From the NCBI GenBank assembly GCA_022818785.1, contig CP063811.1, positions 412,920-439,678 of the forward strand: 26,759 bases of DNA, written 5' to 3'. Positions 8,106 through 17,488 of the stretch are shown in pieces (positions within the stretch are counted from its first letter, which is position 1; each line of letters starts with the position of its first letter). Under the pieces are notes generated by a model that did no database searches, was not told the DNA's origin, and saw only the letters and a list, made by a program, of their open reading frames with translations. The translations under genes and the position numbers were made by a program. This DNA comes from Bacteroides sp. GTDB lineage: Bacteria > Bacteroidota > Bacteroidia > G022818785.

Positions 8106-11036
8106 TTATTTGTTTCTTATTAAAGTTATATACGAAACATTAGGACGTGTATTTAATTCTTTATCCAATATTTTGTAATTCAAATTATTATTTACTAGCT
8201 TGCTAATACGGCTTTTTGTATCTTTTTGATTTCCAAAAGTGATAGCATTAGTAGGGCAACTGCTTGAACAAGCAGTTTCAATGTCTCCATCTTTTAATAT
8301 TTCACCTTTTATTTTTGCTTTAAATTTTCCCGACTGGATTCTTTGTATACACATACTGCATTTTTCCATTACTCCCCTTGATCTTACTGTTACATCAGGA
8401 TTTAATATTAATTTACCTAAATTATCATTCATGTTGTAATCAAATTCTTTATTATCATAATAACTAAACCAATTAAATCTTCTTACTTTATAAGGACAAT
8501 TATTAGCACAATATCTGGTACCTACACATCTATTATATACCTGCTGATTTAATCCTTCGGGAGAGTGCACTGTAGCTAATACAGGACATACAGTTTCACA
8601 AGGAGCATTATTGCAATGTTGACACATCATAGGTTGATGAACAACATATGTATTTTCTTCATTAGAAGAATCAATAGTATAATATCTATCAATTCTCAAC
8701 CAATGCATTTCTCTTTTCTTTTTTACTTCATTTTTACCAACTATAGGAATATTATTTTCAATATTACAACTCACTATACAAGCACTACATCCTATACATG
8801 AATTAAGATCAATTACCATTCCCCATTGATAGTTCGATTCATTAAGATTAGATGACCATAATGAATAATGATGATTTTTATCATAATATTTATTATTATT
8901 TTTACGATTTTTAAATGATAACTCTTGAATTATATCTCTATTTTCACTACCATCATTTATTTGAGTTCGAGCAAGAAAATATTTTTTTTTAGTTTTTTTC
9001 CATTTTACAAAGTTATAATTTTGTAATGTAGAATTAATCATTCTCTTAAAGACAAAAACATTAGCACCTATATTATTACCTATTTTTCCACAATTTGTTC
9101 TGCCATATCCTAATGAGACCCCTAATAAATTATTAACTTGTCCTGGTTGCAATAATATTGGTAATTCTATAGAATATTTATCTATAGATAATTCTATAAC
9201 ATCTTCTTGTTTTATATTATATTTTTTAGCTGTTATTGGAGATATAGATATATAATTGTCCCATGTTACTTTGCTGATAGGATCAGGCATTTCTTGCAAC
9301 AATGGATTATTAGTATATTTCCCATCTCTAATAGCTATTTTTTCATATAAAAATAATTCTAATCCAATATTGTTATTAATATCATTTTTTATAATTTTTT
9401 CTAATCTATTAATAGATTCTTTAATATTAAAATTATTATATATAATTTTTAATTCTTCTTGAACATTAGATAATTCAACAAAACCATTTTTAAGAATTTT
9501 ATTCCATTCTAAATCAGGATTATTATTTGCATTTTTAATATTAGGGTATATATTATATTTATAATATTGTTTTATATATTCATAAAAATTTATATTATTA
9601 TCAGTCCATTTCAAAATACTAGATTCCATTTGTCTTGTAGAAAATAATGGATTAATAGTTGGTTGAGCAATAGAATATACATTCTTTTTGAATAATATGT
9701 CATGCCATGATTCAAATATATTATGATCTGGGGCTATTACATTACAATTGTCTGATGTTTCATTTATTGATGATGCAAAAGAAACTGATAATTTAATATT
9801 ATTGATTAATAAATTAGTAAATAGATCTTTTTTATAATAATTATAACAAGGATTAACATTATAAAAAAACATTGTATCTATTTTAGAATTATACATATCA
9901 TCAAGCAAATTTGACATTTTTGTATCATCACTATGACTGATATTATATCCATTATTAAAATCTATAGTATTATTATAATTATTGAGATGCCAATTTATCT
10001 TATTAATAATAATTTGAGTATCTACATTATTCATCCCACATATTAAAATAGATTTTTTCTGATTATTAACAAGCAGCTCTGATATTTCATCTATTTGTAA
10101 TTTCATTGTATTAGATAATACAAAATTATTTGCATGATTGATTTTATGTCCATATAAAATGGACATTATTTTTTCATATAGATATAATACAAATATGTTA
10201 ACTTCAGAATTTTTAATAGGAATTCTATAATCAGCCTTAGATCCACTTAATGATAATATACTTTCAATTTGAAAATGTTTTGACATTTTGTTATTATCAA
10301 TACTATCTATATTACGATTTTTTATATATTTTCTAGCAAATTCTGTAGGAGAAACCCAAGTTCCTAAAAAATCAGCATTTATACTTACAATTAAATCTGA
10401 TATATCAAATCTATAATCGGGAATTATTTTTTTATTAAACATTATCTTATTAGCCTTTAAAAGACCTTCATAAGATATAGGTTCATATTCTATGTGCTCA
10501 ATATTAGGATATTTATCGGTAAATTTTTTTATAATATTTATAGTAGAAGGATTATAAATGTGAGATGACATAAAAATAATTTTTTTATTATTTTTTTTTG
10601 ATTCATTTAAGCGTTCTAAAATTAAATTATCAAGAAATTCCCAAGAAATTCTATTTCCTCTTAAAGAAGGATATTTAATTCTTTCCTTACTATATAAATC
10701 TAGTAAAGATGCATGTTCAATTGCATCAACACCTCCTTGAGATATAGGACATTTTTTATTACCTTCGACTTTTATTGGTCTACCATCAATTGTTTTGACT
10801 AAAACACTATATCCATGATTTAATACAGTAGCATAATAGTTGGCAGTACCTGATATAACGTTATCACTTTTAGTTAAATAAGCAACAGATTTTTTAACAG
10901 GAGTATTAGTACAAGATGATAAAGCCATCATACCAATTCCTAATCCTATTTTTTTTACAAAATCTCTACGATTCATTTTAAATGAATCATTATTATTTTC
11001 TATTTTGTTGCTATATGGTGATTTTATATTTTTCAT
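8106..11036 (-). CDS. actB: Alternative complex III subunit ActB (molybdopterin-oxidoreductase-like plus Fe-S domain)
   Basis: Tat signal NRRDFVK followed by lipobox LSSC; GRPIKVEGN; QEMPDPISKVTWDN; Fe-S motifs CIGCSACIVSC, CQHCNNAPCETVCP, CVGTRYCANNCP and EKCSMC. Confidence 0.96.
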   Translation of the reverse strand: MKNIKSPYSNKIENNNDSFKMNRRDFVKKIGLGIGMMALSSCTNTPVKKSVAYLTKSDNVISGTANYYATVLNHGYSVLVKTIDGRPIKVEGNKKCPISQGGVDAIEHASLLDLYSKERIKYPSLRGNRISWEFLDNLILERLNESKKNNKKIIFMSSHIYNPSTINIIKKFTDKYPNIEHIEYEPISYEGLLKANKIMFNKKIIPDYRFDISDLIVSINADFLGTWVSPTEFARKYIKNRNIDSIDNNKMSKHFQIESILSLSGSKADYRIPIKNSEVNIFVLYLYEKIMSILYGHKINHANNFVLSNTMKLQIDEISELLVNNQKKSILICGMNNVDTQIIINKINWHLNNYNNTIDFNNGYNISHSDDTKMSNLLDDMYNSKIDTMFFYNVNPCYNYYKKDLFTNLLINNIKLSVSFASSINETSDNCNVIAPDHNIFESWHDILFKKNVYSIAQPTINPLFSTRQMESSILKWTDNNINFYEYIKQYYKYNIYPNIKNANNNPDLEWNKILKNGFVELSNVQEELKIIYNNFNIKESINRLEKIIKNDINNNIGLELFLYEKIAIRDGKYTNNPLLQEMPDPISKVTWDNYISISPITAKKYNIKQEDVIELSIDKYSIELPILLQPGQVNNLLGVSLGYGRTNCGKIGNNIGANVFVFKRMINSTLQNYNFVKWKKTKKKYFLARTQINDGSENRDIIQELSFKNRKNNNKYYDKNHHYSLWSSNLNESNYQWGMVIDLNSCIGCSACIVSCNIENNIPIVGKNEVKKKREMHWLRIDRYYTIDSSNEENTYVVHQPMMCQHCNNAPCETVCPVLATVHSPEGLNQQVYNRCVGTRYCANNCPYKVRRFNWFSYYDNKEFDYNMNDNLGKLILNPDVTVRSRGVMEKCSMCIQRIQSGKFKAKIKGEILKDGDIETACSSSCPTNAITFGNQKDTKSRISKLVNNNLNYKILDKELNTRPNVSYITLIRNK

Positions 11037-11048
11037 AATTCATTTTCA

Positions 11049-12359
11049 TTAATAATGACAAGATGAACATTCTAATCCTCCTATGTCAGCAACTTTAACA
11101 TTATTCATATTAATTATATTTTTGTGAATATTAATTAAATTTTTATAATATTCATTGTTGTCAAAATTTAATATTTCTGCTTGTTTATGACATTCAATAC
11201 ACCAACTCATTGTTAATTTTTTTGCTTGATACATTTCATTCATTGTGCTCACATTACCATGACATGCATAACAAACAGGTTCATTAGATTTTAATCCATA
11301 AAGTTTTTTAATAGATTTTTCACCTAATACTACATGTTGCGCATGATTAAAGTAAGCAAAATCTGGTAAATTATGTATTTTTATCCATTCAATATTAAAA
11401 TTATCATTTTTAGTATACACTTGATTTAAAGAATCAAATCCAACCATTTTATGTAATTTTTCTATTTCTTTTTTACTTTTATCAGATTTTATATTTTCTC
11501 CATCAACAACATTATGACAATTCATACATATGTTCAAAGATGGCAAATTAGCATTTTTCCCTTTCCATGCTTCATTATGACAATATCTACAATCTATATT
11601 ATTAATACCTACATGTGTTTTATGAGAAAAATTGATAGGTTGTTGAGGTTGATAATATTGATCAATACCAATATTCCATATTGTATTACAAACAAATATC
11701 AATAAATATAACGATGAAAATAATAACATTATTAATAAAGCTTTTTTATTATATATAAATATTTTTGTGAAATTATATAATGTTAATATTAAATTATTTT
11801 TATGACTTGATTGAGATGATTTAAATAAAATCAAACTTAATCTATTCCTAATTTTATATAAAATTAGGAATATAAATAATAAAATTGCTATTAATAGTAT
11901 TAATAATAAATCTATATAATAATTTTCTTTTTTTTCGACATTATTTGATAATTTATCAATAATGATCTTATTATTAGATTCATGGTCAATATATTTTATT
12001 ATATTTTTAATTTCCTGATTACTAAGATATGTAAATGAAGGCATTAATAACTCATTATACTCTTTATATATTTTAATAGCATCTAAATCACCATTTTGAA
12101 TCATTAAAGAAGAATTATAAATCCATTTTATTAACCATTCTTCACTATATTTTTTACTTATATCCTGCAATTTAGGACCAGTTAATTTTCTATGAAAAGA
12201 ATGACATGAACTACAATTATTTTTAAACAATGATTTACCATTTTCGATAGAACCATCATTAGATAATTCATGTGATTTAAGACTGTTAAAGCTTAAAAAA
12301 AATATAAAAAATATATATATAAATAATCGACTAATACATGAAAAAAAACGAAATACCAT
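11049..12359 (-). CDS. actA: Alternative complex III multiheme cytochrome c ActA
   Basis: Six CxxCH motifs: CSSCH (N-terminal monoheme domain), then CRYCH, CMNCH, CYACH, CIECH, CSSCH. Also QPINFSHK and LPDFAYFNHAQH. Confidence 0.95.
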   Translation of the reverse strand: MVFRFFSCISRLFIYIFFIFFLSFNSLKSHELSNDGSIENGKSLFKNNCSSCHSFHRKLTGPKLQDISKKYSEEWLIKWIYNSSLMIQNGDLDAIKIYKEYNELLMPSFTYLSNQEIKNIIKYIDHESNNKIIIDKLSNNVEKKENYYIDLLLILLIAILLFIFLILYKIRNRLSLILFKSSQSSHKNNLILTLYNFTKIFIYNKKALLIMLLFSSLYLLIFVCNTIWNIGIDQYYQPQQPINFSHKTHVGINNIDCRYCHNEAWKGKNANLPSLNICMNCHNVVDGENIKSDKSKKEIEKLHKMVGFDSLNQVYTKNDNFNIEWIKIHNLPDFAYFNHAQHVVLGEKSIKKLYGLKSNEPVCYACHGNVSTMNEMYQAKKLTMSWCIECHKQAEILNFDNNEYYKNLINIHKNIINMNNVKVADIGGLECSSCHY

Positions 12360-12375
12360 AAAAAGAGTTATTTGC

Positions 12376-12383
12376 CAAATGTA
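12376..12383 (-). promoter_or_regulatory. Bacteroidota -7 promoter element (TACATTTG) for the act-cta operon
   Basis: Exact TAnnTTTG match 16 nt upstream of the actA ATG; no clear TTTG -33 box. Confidence 0.55.
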
Positions 12384-12448
12384 TAATATATAAAAACTTA
12401 ATAAATAAAGTAAAAATATTATAATTATTTTTTTAATACAAAATATTA

Positions 12449-13312
12449 CTATCCGAGAAATGATTTTAATATTCTACTTCTAGAAGTATTTCTTAATCTA
12501 TTTAATGCTTTATCTTTAATTTGTCTTACTCTTTCCCTTGTAAGATTAAATTGTTCTCCTATTTCTTCTAAAGACATTGATTGTCTACCTTCTAATCCGA
12601 AAAATAGTAATATTATTTGATTTTCTCTTTCAGTGAGGGTATTTAACGCTCTTTTAACTTCTATAGATAATGATTCTTCTATAAGTTCACTATCTGTAAC
12701 AGGAATATTTTTATTTTCTAATACATCTAATAATGTATTTTCTTCTCCTTGAACAAATGGAGCATCCATAGATAAATGTCTGCCTGAATTACTGAGAGTA
12801 TCTGCTATTTTATCTGCACTAGTATCTAACATTTCTGCTAATTCTTCAGAGGAAGGTTCTCGTTCAAATTTTTGTTCTAATTTAGAATAAACTTTTCCAA
12901 TTTTACTTAATGATCCCACTTGATTTAATGGTAATCTAACAATTCTAGATTGTTCAGCAATAGCTTGTAAAATCGATTGTCTTATCCACCATACAGCATA
13001 AGATATGAATTTAAATCCTTTGGTTTCGTCAAATCTTTTTGCAGCTTTAATTAATCCTAGATTGCCTTCATTAATTAAATCTCCTAATGTAAGGCCTTGA
13101 TTTTGATATTGTTTAGCTACTGAAACCACAAATCGTAAATTTGTTTTAGTTAATTTTTCTAATGCTTCTTGTTCTCCTTTTTTTATTCTTTGAGCTAAAA
13201 TAACTTCTTCTTCAGCAGTAATTAATTCGACTTTACCGATTTCGTGAAGATACTTGTCAAGAGATTGACTTTCTCTGTTAGTTATAGACTGAGTAATTTT
13301 TAATTGTCTCAT
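12449..13312 (-). CDS. rpoD: Primary RNA polymerase sigma-70 factor, Bacteroidota short type lacking region 1.1
   Basis: MRQLKIT start, [26 protein letters not shown] and LTRERVRQI; 287 aa. Confidence 0.97.
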   Translation of the reverse strand: MRQLKITQSITNRESQSLDKYLHEIGKVELITAEEEVILAQRIKKGEQEALEKLTKTNLRFVVSVAKQYQNQGLTLGDLINEGNLGLIKAAKRFDETKGFKFISYAVWWIRQSILQAIAEQSRIVRLPLNQVGSLSKIGKVYSKLEQKFEREPSSEELAEMLDTSADKIADTLSNSGRHLSMDAPFVQGEENTLLDVLENKNIPVTDSELIEESLSIEVKRALNTLTERENQIILLFFGLEGRQSMSLEEIGEQFNLTRERVRQIKDKALNRLRNTSRSRILKSFLG

Positions 13313-13392
13313 TGCATAAATGTAATATAAAATAAATAACTTTTACAGATATAAATTTACAAATTCTTTTTTTAGATTAAATCATTGTAATG

Positions 13393-13423
13393 TTGTCTTT
13401 ATATATTTTTTTTTATATGTTTG
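13393..13423 (+). promoter_or_regulatory. Bacteroidota promoter for tRNA-Asp (TTG-N20-TATGTTTG)
   Basis: TATGTTTG at 13416-13423, 12 nt before the tRNA; TTG at 13393-13395. Confidence 0.55.
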
Positions 13424-13435
13424 AATATACTAATT

Positions 13436-13508
13436 GGTTCGGTAGTTCAGTGGTTAGAATACATGCTTGTCACGCATGGGGTCACGGGTTCGATCCCCGT
13501 CCGGACCG
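13436..13508 (+). tRNA. tRNA-Asp(GTC), CCA not encoded
   Basis: Acceptor GGTTCGG/CCGGACC, anticodon arm CATGC-TTGTCAC-GCATG, T arm GGTTCGATCC, discriminator G. Confidence 0.97.
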
Positions 13509-13515
13509 TCTTATA

Positions 13516-14268
13516 TCATAGTATTATTACATTATTGTATATGTTGTCTTTAATTTTATCATATAACTCATATAATATATATAAGTTTACATTGTTATGA
13601 ATCTTTAATAGACTAACTGGATATTTAGTATCTATTAAGTCATTTTCTAACAATTTTCTTATTATATTAATTTTTTTAATATTGTTACATACTACGATTA
13701 TTTCTTTAGCATTAAATATATCCGCCATACCCATAGTAATAGCCTTTGTAGGTATTTGTGAACCCTTTTCAAAAAATCTTGAATTATCTTTTATAGTTGA
13801 TTTATTTAAATTTGCCACATGAGTATTTGCATGTAATTGATTATTAGGTTCATTAAATCCTATATGTCCATTAAATCCTATACCAAGTAATTGTATATCA
13901 ATAATATGATTTTTAATAATTTGTTGAAAATTATTTACTGATTTAGATATGTTAGACATATTTTCAGGAATGTATGTATTTTTCTTTTTTATATTTACAT
14001 GTTTGAAAAAATTTTCATACATAAAATATTTATATGTATTTTCAAATTTTAATTCACCAATATATTCATCTAAATTAATTGTTATTACATTATTAAAATT
14101 AACTTTACTACTGTTATAATAATAAATTAATCTTTTATAAACACCTATAAAAGTGTCTCCTGTAGCTAATCCAAGAACAGATTTATTTTTATTATTAATT
14201 TTATTTACAATATTTTTAGCAATTAAATCACAAATTTGGTTATAATTTTTATATACTATTATTTTCAT
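13516..14268 (-). CDS. nagB: Glucosamine-6-phosphate deaminase
   Basis: VLGLATG, NLDEY, QLLGIGFNGHIGFNEP, NSRFF and AITMG motifs. Confidence 0.93.
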   Translation of the reverse strand: MKIIVYKNYNQICDLIAKNIVNKINNKNKSVLGLATGDTFIGVYKRLIYYYNSSKVNFNNVITINLDEYIGELKFENTYKYFMYENFFKHVNIKKKNTYIPENMSNISKSVNNFQQIIKNHIIDIQLLGIGFNGHIGFNEPNNQLHANTHVANLNKSTIKDNSRFFEKGSQIPTKAITMGMADIFNAKEIIVVCNNIKKINIIRKLLENDLIDTKYPVSLLKIHNNVNLYILYELYDKIKDNIYNNVIIL

Positions 14269-14351
14269 ATTTTTTTAAATTAAAAACTACATATATTATT
14301 AATAATAAAATATTTTCTATTTTCAATAGAAATAAAGATATTTGACTTTAT

Positions 14352-16421
14352 TTACATGAAATATCTATATATAATATTATATACAATCCAACTAGCAAAA
14401 TAGGCTTGTAATGTCATCCAAATAAAATATATTATTGGAATAATTATATTTTCAGTTTCTCTGTACATTACTATTAACGTACTTATACATTGCATAGAAA
14501 ATACATAAAATATTAATAATGAACATGAATTTGCCATATTAAATAATGGCATTCCAGTATTATAGTTTTTAACTAATCTTATATCTTTTTTCATAGAATC
14601 TAAATTATCATTTTTAAATTCTATACTATATATAGTAGACATGCTACTAACAAATACTTCTCTAGCAGATATTGAACTTATTATACAAATACCAATACGC
14701 CAATCAAATCCCAATGGGGCAATATATGGCTCTATATAATGGCCTAAAGATGATATATATGATTTTTCAATATTAGAAACTTTTTTTATATATATTTTAT
14801 TTTTTTGTTCATAGTCAAATCCATAACTAGATAAAAACCATAAAACTACACTAGTTGTAATTAAAATCTTGCTTACTTCTATAATAAAAATCTTGGTTTT
14901 ATTCAACATAGTAATAATTATTGAATATAAAGATGGTATTTTATATTTAGGTAATTCTATTATAAGCGATGACATTTCTTTATTGACAATTACCTTATTC
15001 ATTAAATAAGCATATATTACAACTATAGTAATGCTAAGCATATACATACCAAATAACAATAGACCTTTGTAATTGATCCCATAATAATATGTATCTTGAG
15101 GTATTATTAATGATATTAATAATATATATATTGGAAGTCTTGCAGAACAACTAATTAAAGGAGTTACAAGAATAGTAATTAATCTCTCTTTATAATTTTT
15201 AATATTTCTTGAAGATACAATTGCAGGAACAGAACAAGCCATGCCACTTATTAAAGCAATAACAGAGTATCCATTCAATCCGATGTGTCTCATGTAATGA
15301 TCCATTATAAATATTATTCTAGAAATATATCCTATGTCTTCTAAAATATATATTATAGCAAATAAAATAGATATTTGAGGAATAAATATAAATAAATTTT
15401 GTATACCAGGTATAATACCATAAACTAACAAGTCGATTATTAAATTATTTTTAAAATTATTAGTTATTAAATAATGTATTGTACTAAAAATATTATTAAT
15501 AAGCATTGTAGGGTATTTAGACAATGTAAATATACATTGAAATATTATAATTAGTATCAAAATAAAAATCGCAATTCCATATACAGGATGTGTTATTATT
15601 TTATCAATATTCTTATACCAATAATATTTTTTAACAATTTTATTATCATATAATATACATTTTTGAATGATTTTTTGAATAAATTTATATCTTATTATAG
15701 TTTCTTGAACTTGTAATCTTTTAACTATTATTTTATGATTTTTTATTGCAGAATTTATATATTCTGTATTTTCACCATTAAATAATATTTTATAATTGTT
15801 AATAATATATAAACATTGATATATATTATTAATATTAAATTTCTTGCTTATTAAAGAAACTAAATTTGGTGCTATATTATCTATATTTTCAGTTAAAAAA
15901 AAACTTGTTTTCTTTTTACAATAAAATATTTTATTTTTTAATTTTGTGATATCTTTTGCATTATTAGAATTTATGGAAATAATTGAATTATTAATTTGTG
16001 TAGATAGTTCATCAGAGTCAATTAATATTCCATTATTTAATGCAATATCTTTCATGTTCAAAACTAAAACTACAGGTATATTAGCTGATAAATCAATTAC
16101 TTGCGTATATAAAAATAAATTACGTTTTAAATTAGAAGAATCTGCAACATATATTATAATATATGGATAATCAACGTTATCCTTATTAGTAAGAATATTA
16201 TAAAAAATTTTATTGTTGCATGAATTATGCAAGTTATAAATACCAGGAGTGTCTATTATTTTATATAATCTTTTTTGACATTTAAAATATCCATTAAAAT
16301 TATTTATAGTTGATCCAGCAAAATTGCTAACTTTTTGATTTAATCCAGTAATTTTATTAAAAATAGTAGATTTACCTACATTAGGATTGCCCAATAACAA
16401 GACATTATAAATATTTTTCAA
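14352..16421 (-). CDS. feoB: Ferrous iron transporter FeoB (TTG start)
   Basis: GTPase motifs GNPNVGKST, DTPG and NMKD; membrane motifs ACSVPA, SCSARLP, AREVFVS and SMQC. Confidence 0.96.
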   Translation of the reverse strand: MKNIYNVLLLGNPNVGKSTIFNKITGLNQKVSNFAGSTINNFNGYFKCQKRLYKIIDTPGIYNLHNSCNNKIFYNILTNKDNVDYPYIIIYVADSSNLKRNLFLYTQVIDLSANIPVVLVLNMKDIALNNGILIDSDELSTQINNSIISINSNNAKDITKLKNKIFYCKKKTSFFLTENIDNIAPNLVSLISKKFNINNIYQCLYIINNYKILFNGENTEYINSAIKNHKIIVKRLQVQETIIRYKFIQKIIQKCILYDNKIVKKYYWYKNIDKIITHPVYGIAIFILILIIIFQCIFTLSKYPTMLINNIFSTIHYLITNNFKNNLIIDLLVYGIIPGIQNLFIFIPQISILFAIIYILEDIGYISRIIFIMDHYMRHIGLNGYSVIALISGMACSVPAIVSSRNIKNYKERLITILVTPLISCSARLPIYILLISLIIPQDTYYYGINYKGLLLFGMYMLSITIVVIYAYLMNKVIVNKEMSSLIIELPKYKIPSLYSIIITMLNKTKIFIIEVSKILITTSVVLWFLSSYGFDYEQKNKIYIKKVSNIEKSYISSLGHYIEPYIAPLGFDWRIGICIISSISAREVFVSSMSTIYSIEFKNDNLDSMKKDIRLVKNYNTGMPLFNMANSCSLLIFYVFSMQCISTLIVMYRETENIIIPIIYFIWMTLQAYFASWIVYNIIYRYFM

Positions 16422-16433
16422 ATTTTTTTACAA

Positions 16434-16661
16434 TTAAGATCTTATGACAATATATTTTGCATATTCTATTCTAAGCGCTAATTGATAATTCATAACTGTA
16501 ATAGATATAGAAGTCCTACTAGGAGAATAATAATTTAAAGTTATATTTTCGCCAGGCAGACAACCCATTTCCATTAAACGAAATTTTATAAAATAATTTT
16601 CTGCACTATCAATGGAATCTATAATACCACTTTCACCTTGTGATAAATCTAAAACAGTCAT
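16434..16661 (-). CDS. feoA: Ferrous iron transport protein FeoA
   Basis: RLMEMGCLPG and LALR motifs; directly upstream of feoB. Likely start MTVLDL at 16661. Confidence 0.9.
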   Translation of the reverse strand: MTVLDLSQGESGIIDSIDSAENYFIKFRLMEMGCLPGENITLNYYSPSRTSISITVMNYQLALRIEYAKYIVIRS

Positions 16662-16767
16662 ATAATTGTAAAAAAAAATACACAAAAACATATGATTAAT
16701 TATAAAAATTGATCATAACCGATAACACAATTATATCACTTATTTATATTTATTACAAATAAAAATA

Positions 16768-17421
16768 TTAAAGTCCTTTTATGAGGACTACAAACTCTCC
16801 TTTAATATTTTTTTTATTAAAATAATTTAAACATTCTATTAAGGTTCCTCTATAGTGTTCTTCATATAATTTAGATATTTCTCTAGAAATTGAACATTTT
16901 CTCTCAGAACCTAGATACTTGATAAGTAATGTTAAAGTTTTAATTAATTTATGAGGAGAAACATAAAATATTACTGTTCTTTTTTCATAAATTATTGTTT
17001 TGACTTTTTTAATATTACAATATCCTTCAAATATAAAATTATGACAGGGAAATCCTGATTGGATAATAGCTGGTATTAAAGCAGTAGGACCTGGTAAAAC
17101 TTCAAAATCAATTGATTTATTGAGACATTTTTCAATTAAAATATAACCAGGATCTGATATACAAGGCGTACCTGCATTACTAATTAATGCTATTGTTTTT
17201 TTATTATTTAGTTTATCTATAATTTTTGGTAATATTTTGTATTCATTAATAATATTAAATGTATATATAGGTTTTTTTATATTATAATAATTAAGCAATA
17301 TTATTGCTTTATTTTTAGTTTCAGTGTATATAAAATCAACTTCTTTTAAAATTTTAATAGATCTGATAGTAATATCTCCCATATTACCTATGGGAGTTGG
17401 GATTATGTATAAATGTGCCAA
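16768..17421 (-). CDS. rsmI: 16S rRNA C1402 2'-O-methyltransferase (TTG start)
   Basis: LYIIPTPIGNMGDIT, ALISNAGTPCISDPG, PGPTA, REISKLYEE and KGEFV motifs. Confidence 0.95.
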   Translation of the reverse strand: MAHLYIIPTPIGNMGDITIRSIKILKEVDFIYTETKNKAIILLNYYNIKKPIYTFNIINEYKILPKIIDKLNNKKTIALISNAGTPCISDPGYILIEKCLNKSIDFEVLPGPTALIPAIIQSGFPCHNFIFEGYCNIKKVKTIIYEKRTVIFYVSPHKLIKTLTLLIKYLGSERKCSISREISKLYEEHYRGTLIECLNYFNKKNIKGEFVVLIKGL

Positions 17422-17488
17422 TATTAATGTAGTTTTTTTACAAAAAAATCATTATTTTTCTTCAAAAAGAAAATAATTTTTGAATACA

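Noticed and set aside
1-12359. Mitochondrial or organellar origin suggested by cox and nad6-like genes and low GC
   Set aside because: ACIII, Bacteroidota-type RpoD, NusB, GyrB and TAnnTTTG promoters are bacterial and not alphaproteobacterial.
14313-14332. Hairpin TTTCTATT-TTC-AATAGAAA between feoB and nagB as a terminator
   Set aside because: The stem has one GC pair and a 3-nt loop; too weak to call.
16721-16737. Fur-box-like GATAACACAATTATATC upstream of feoA
   Set aside because: Only the ends match the consensus, which is not significant at this AT content.
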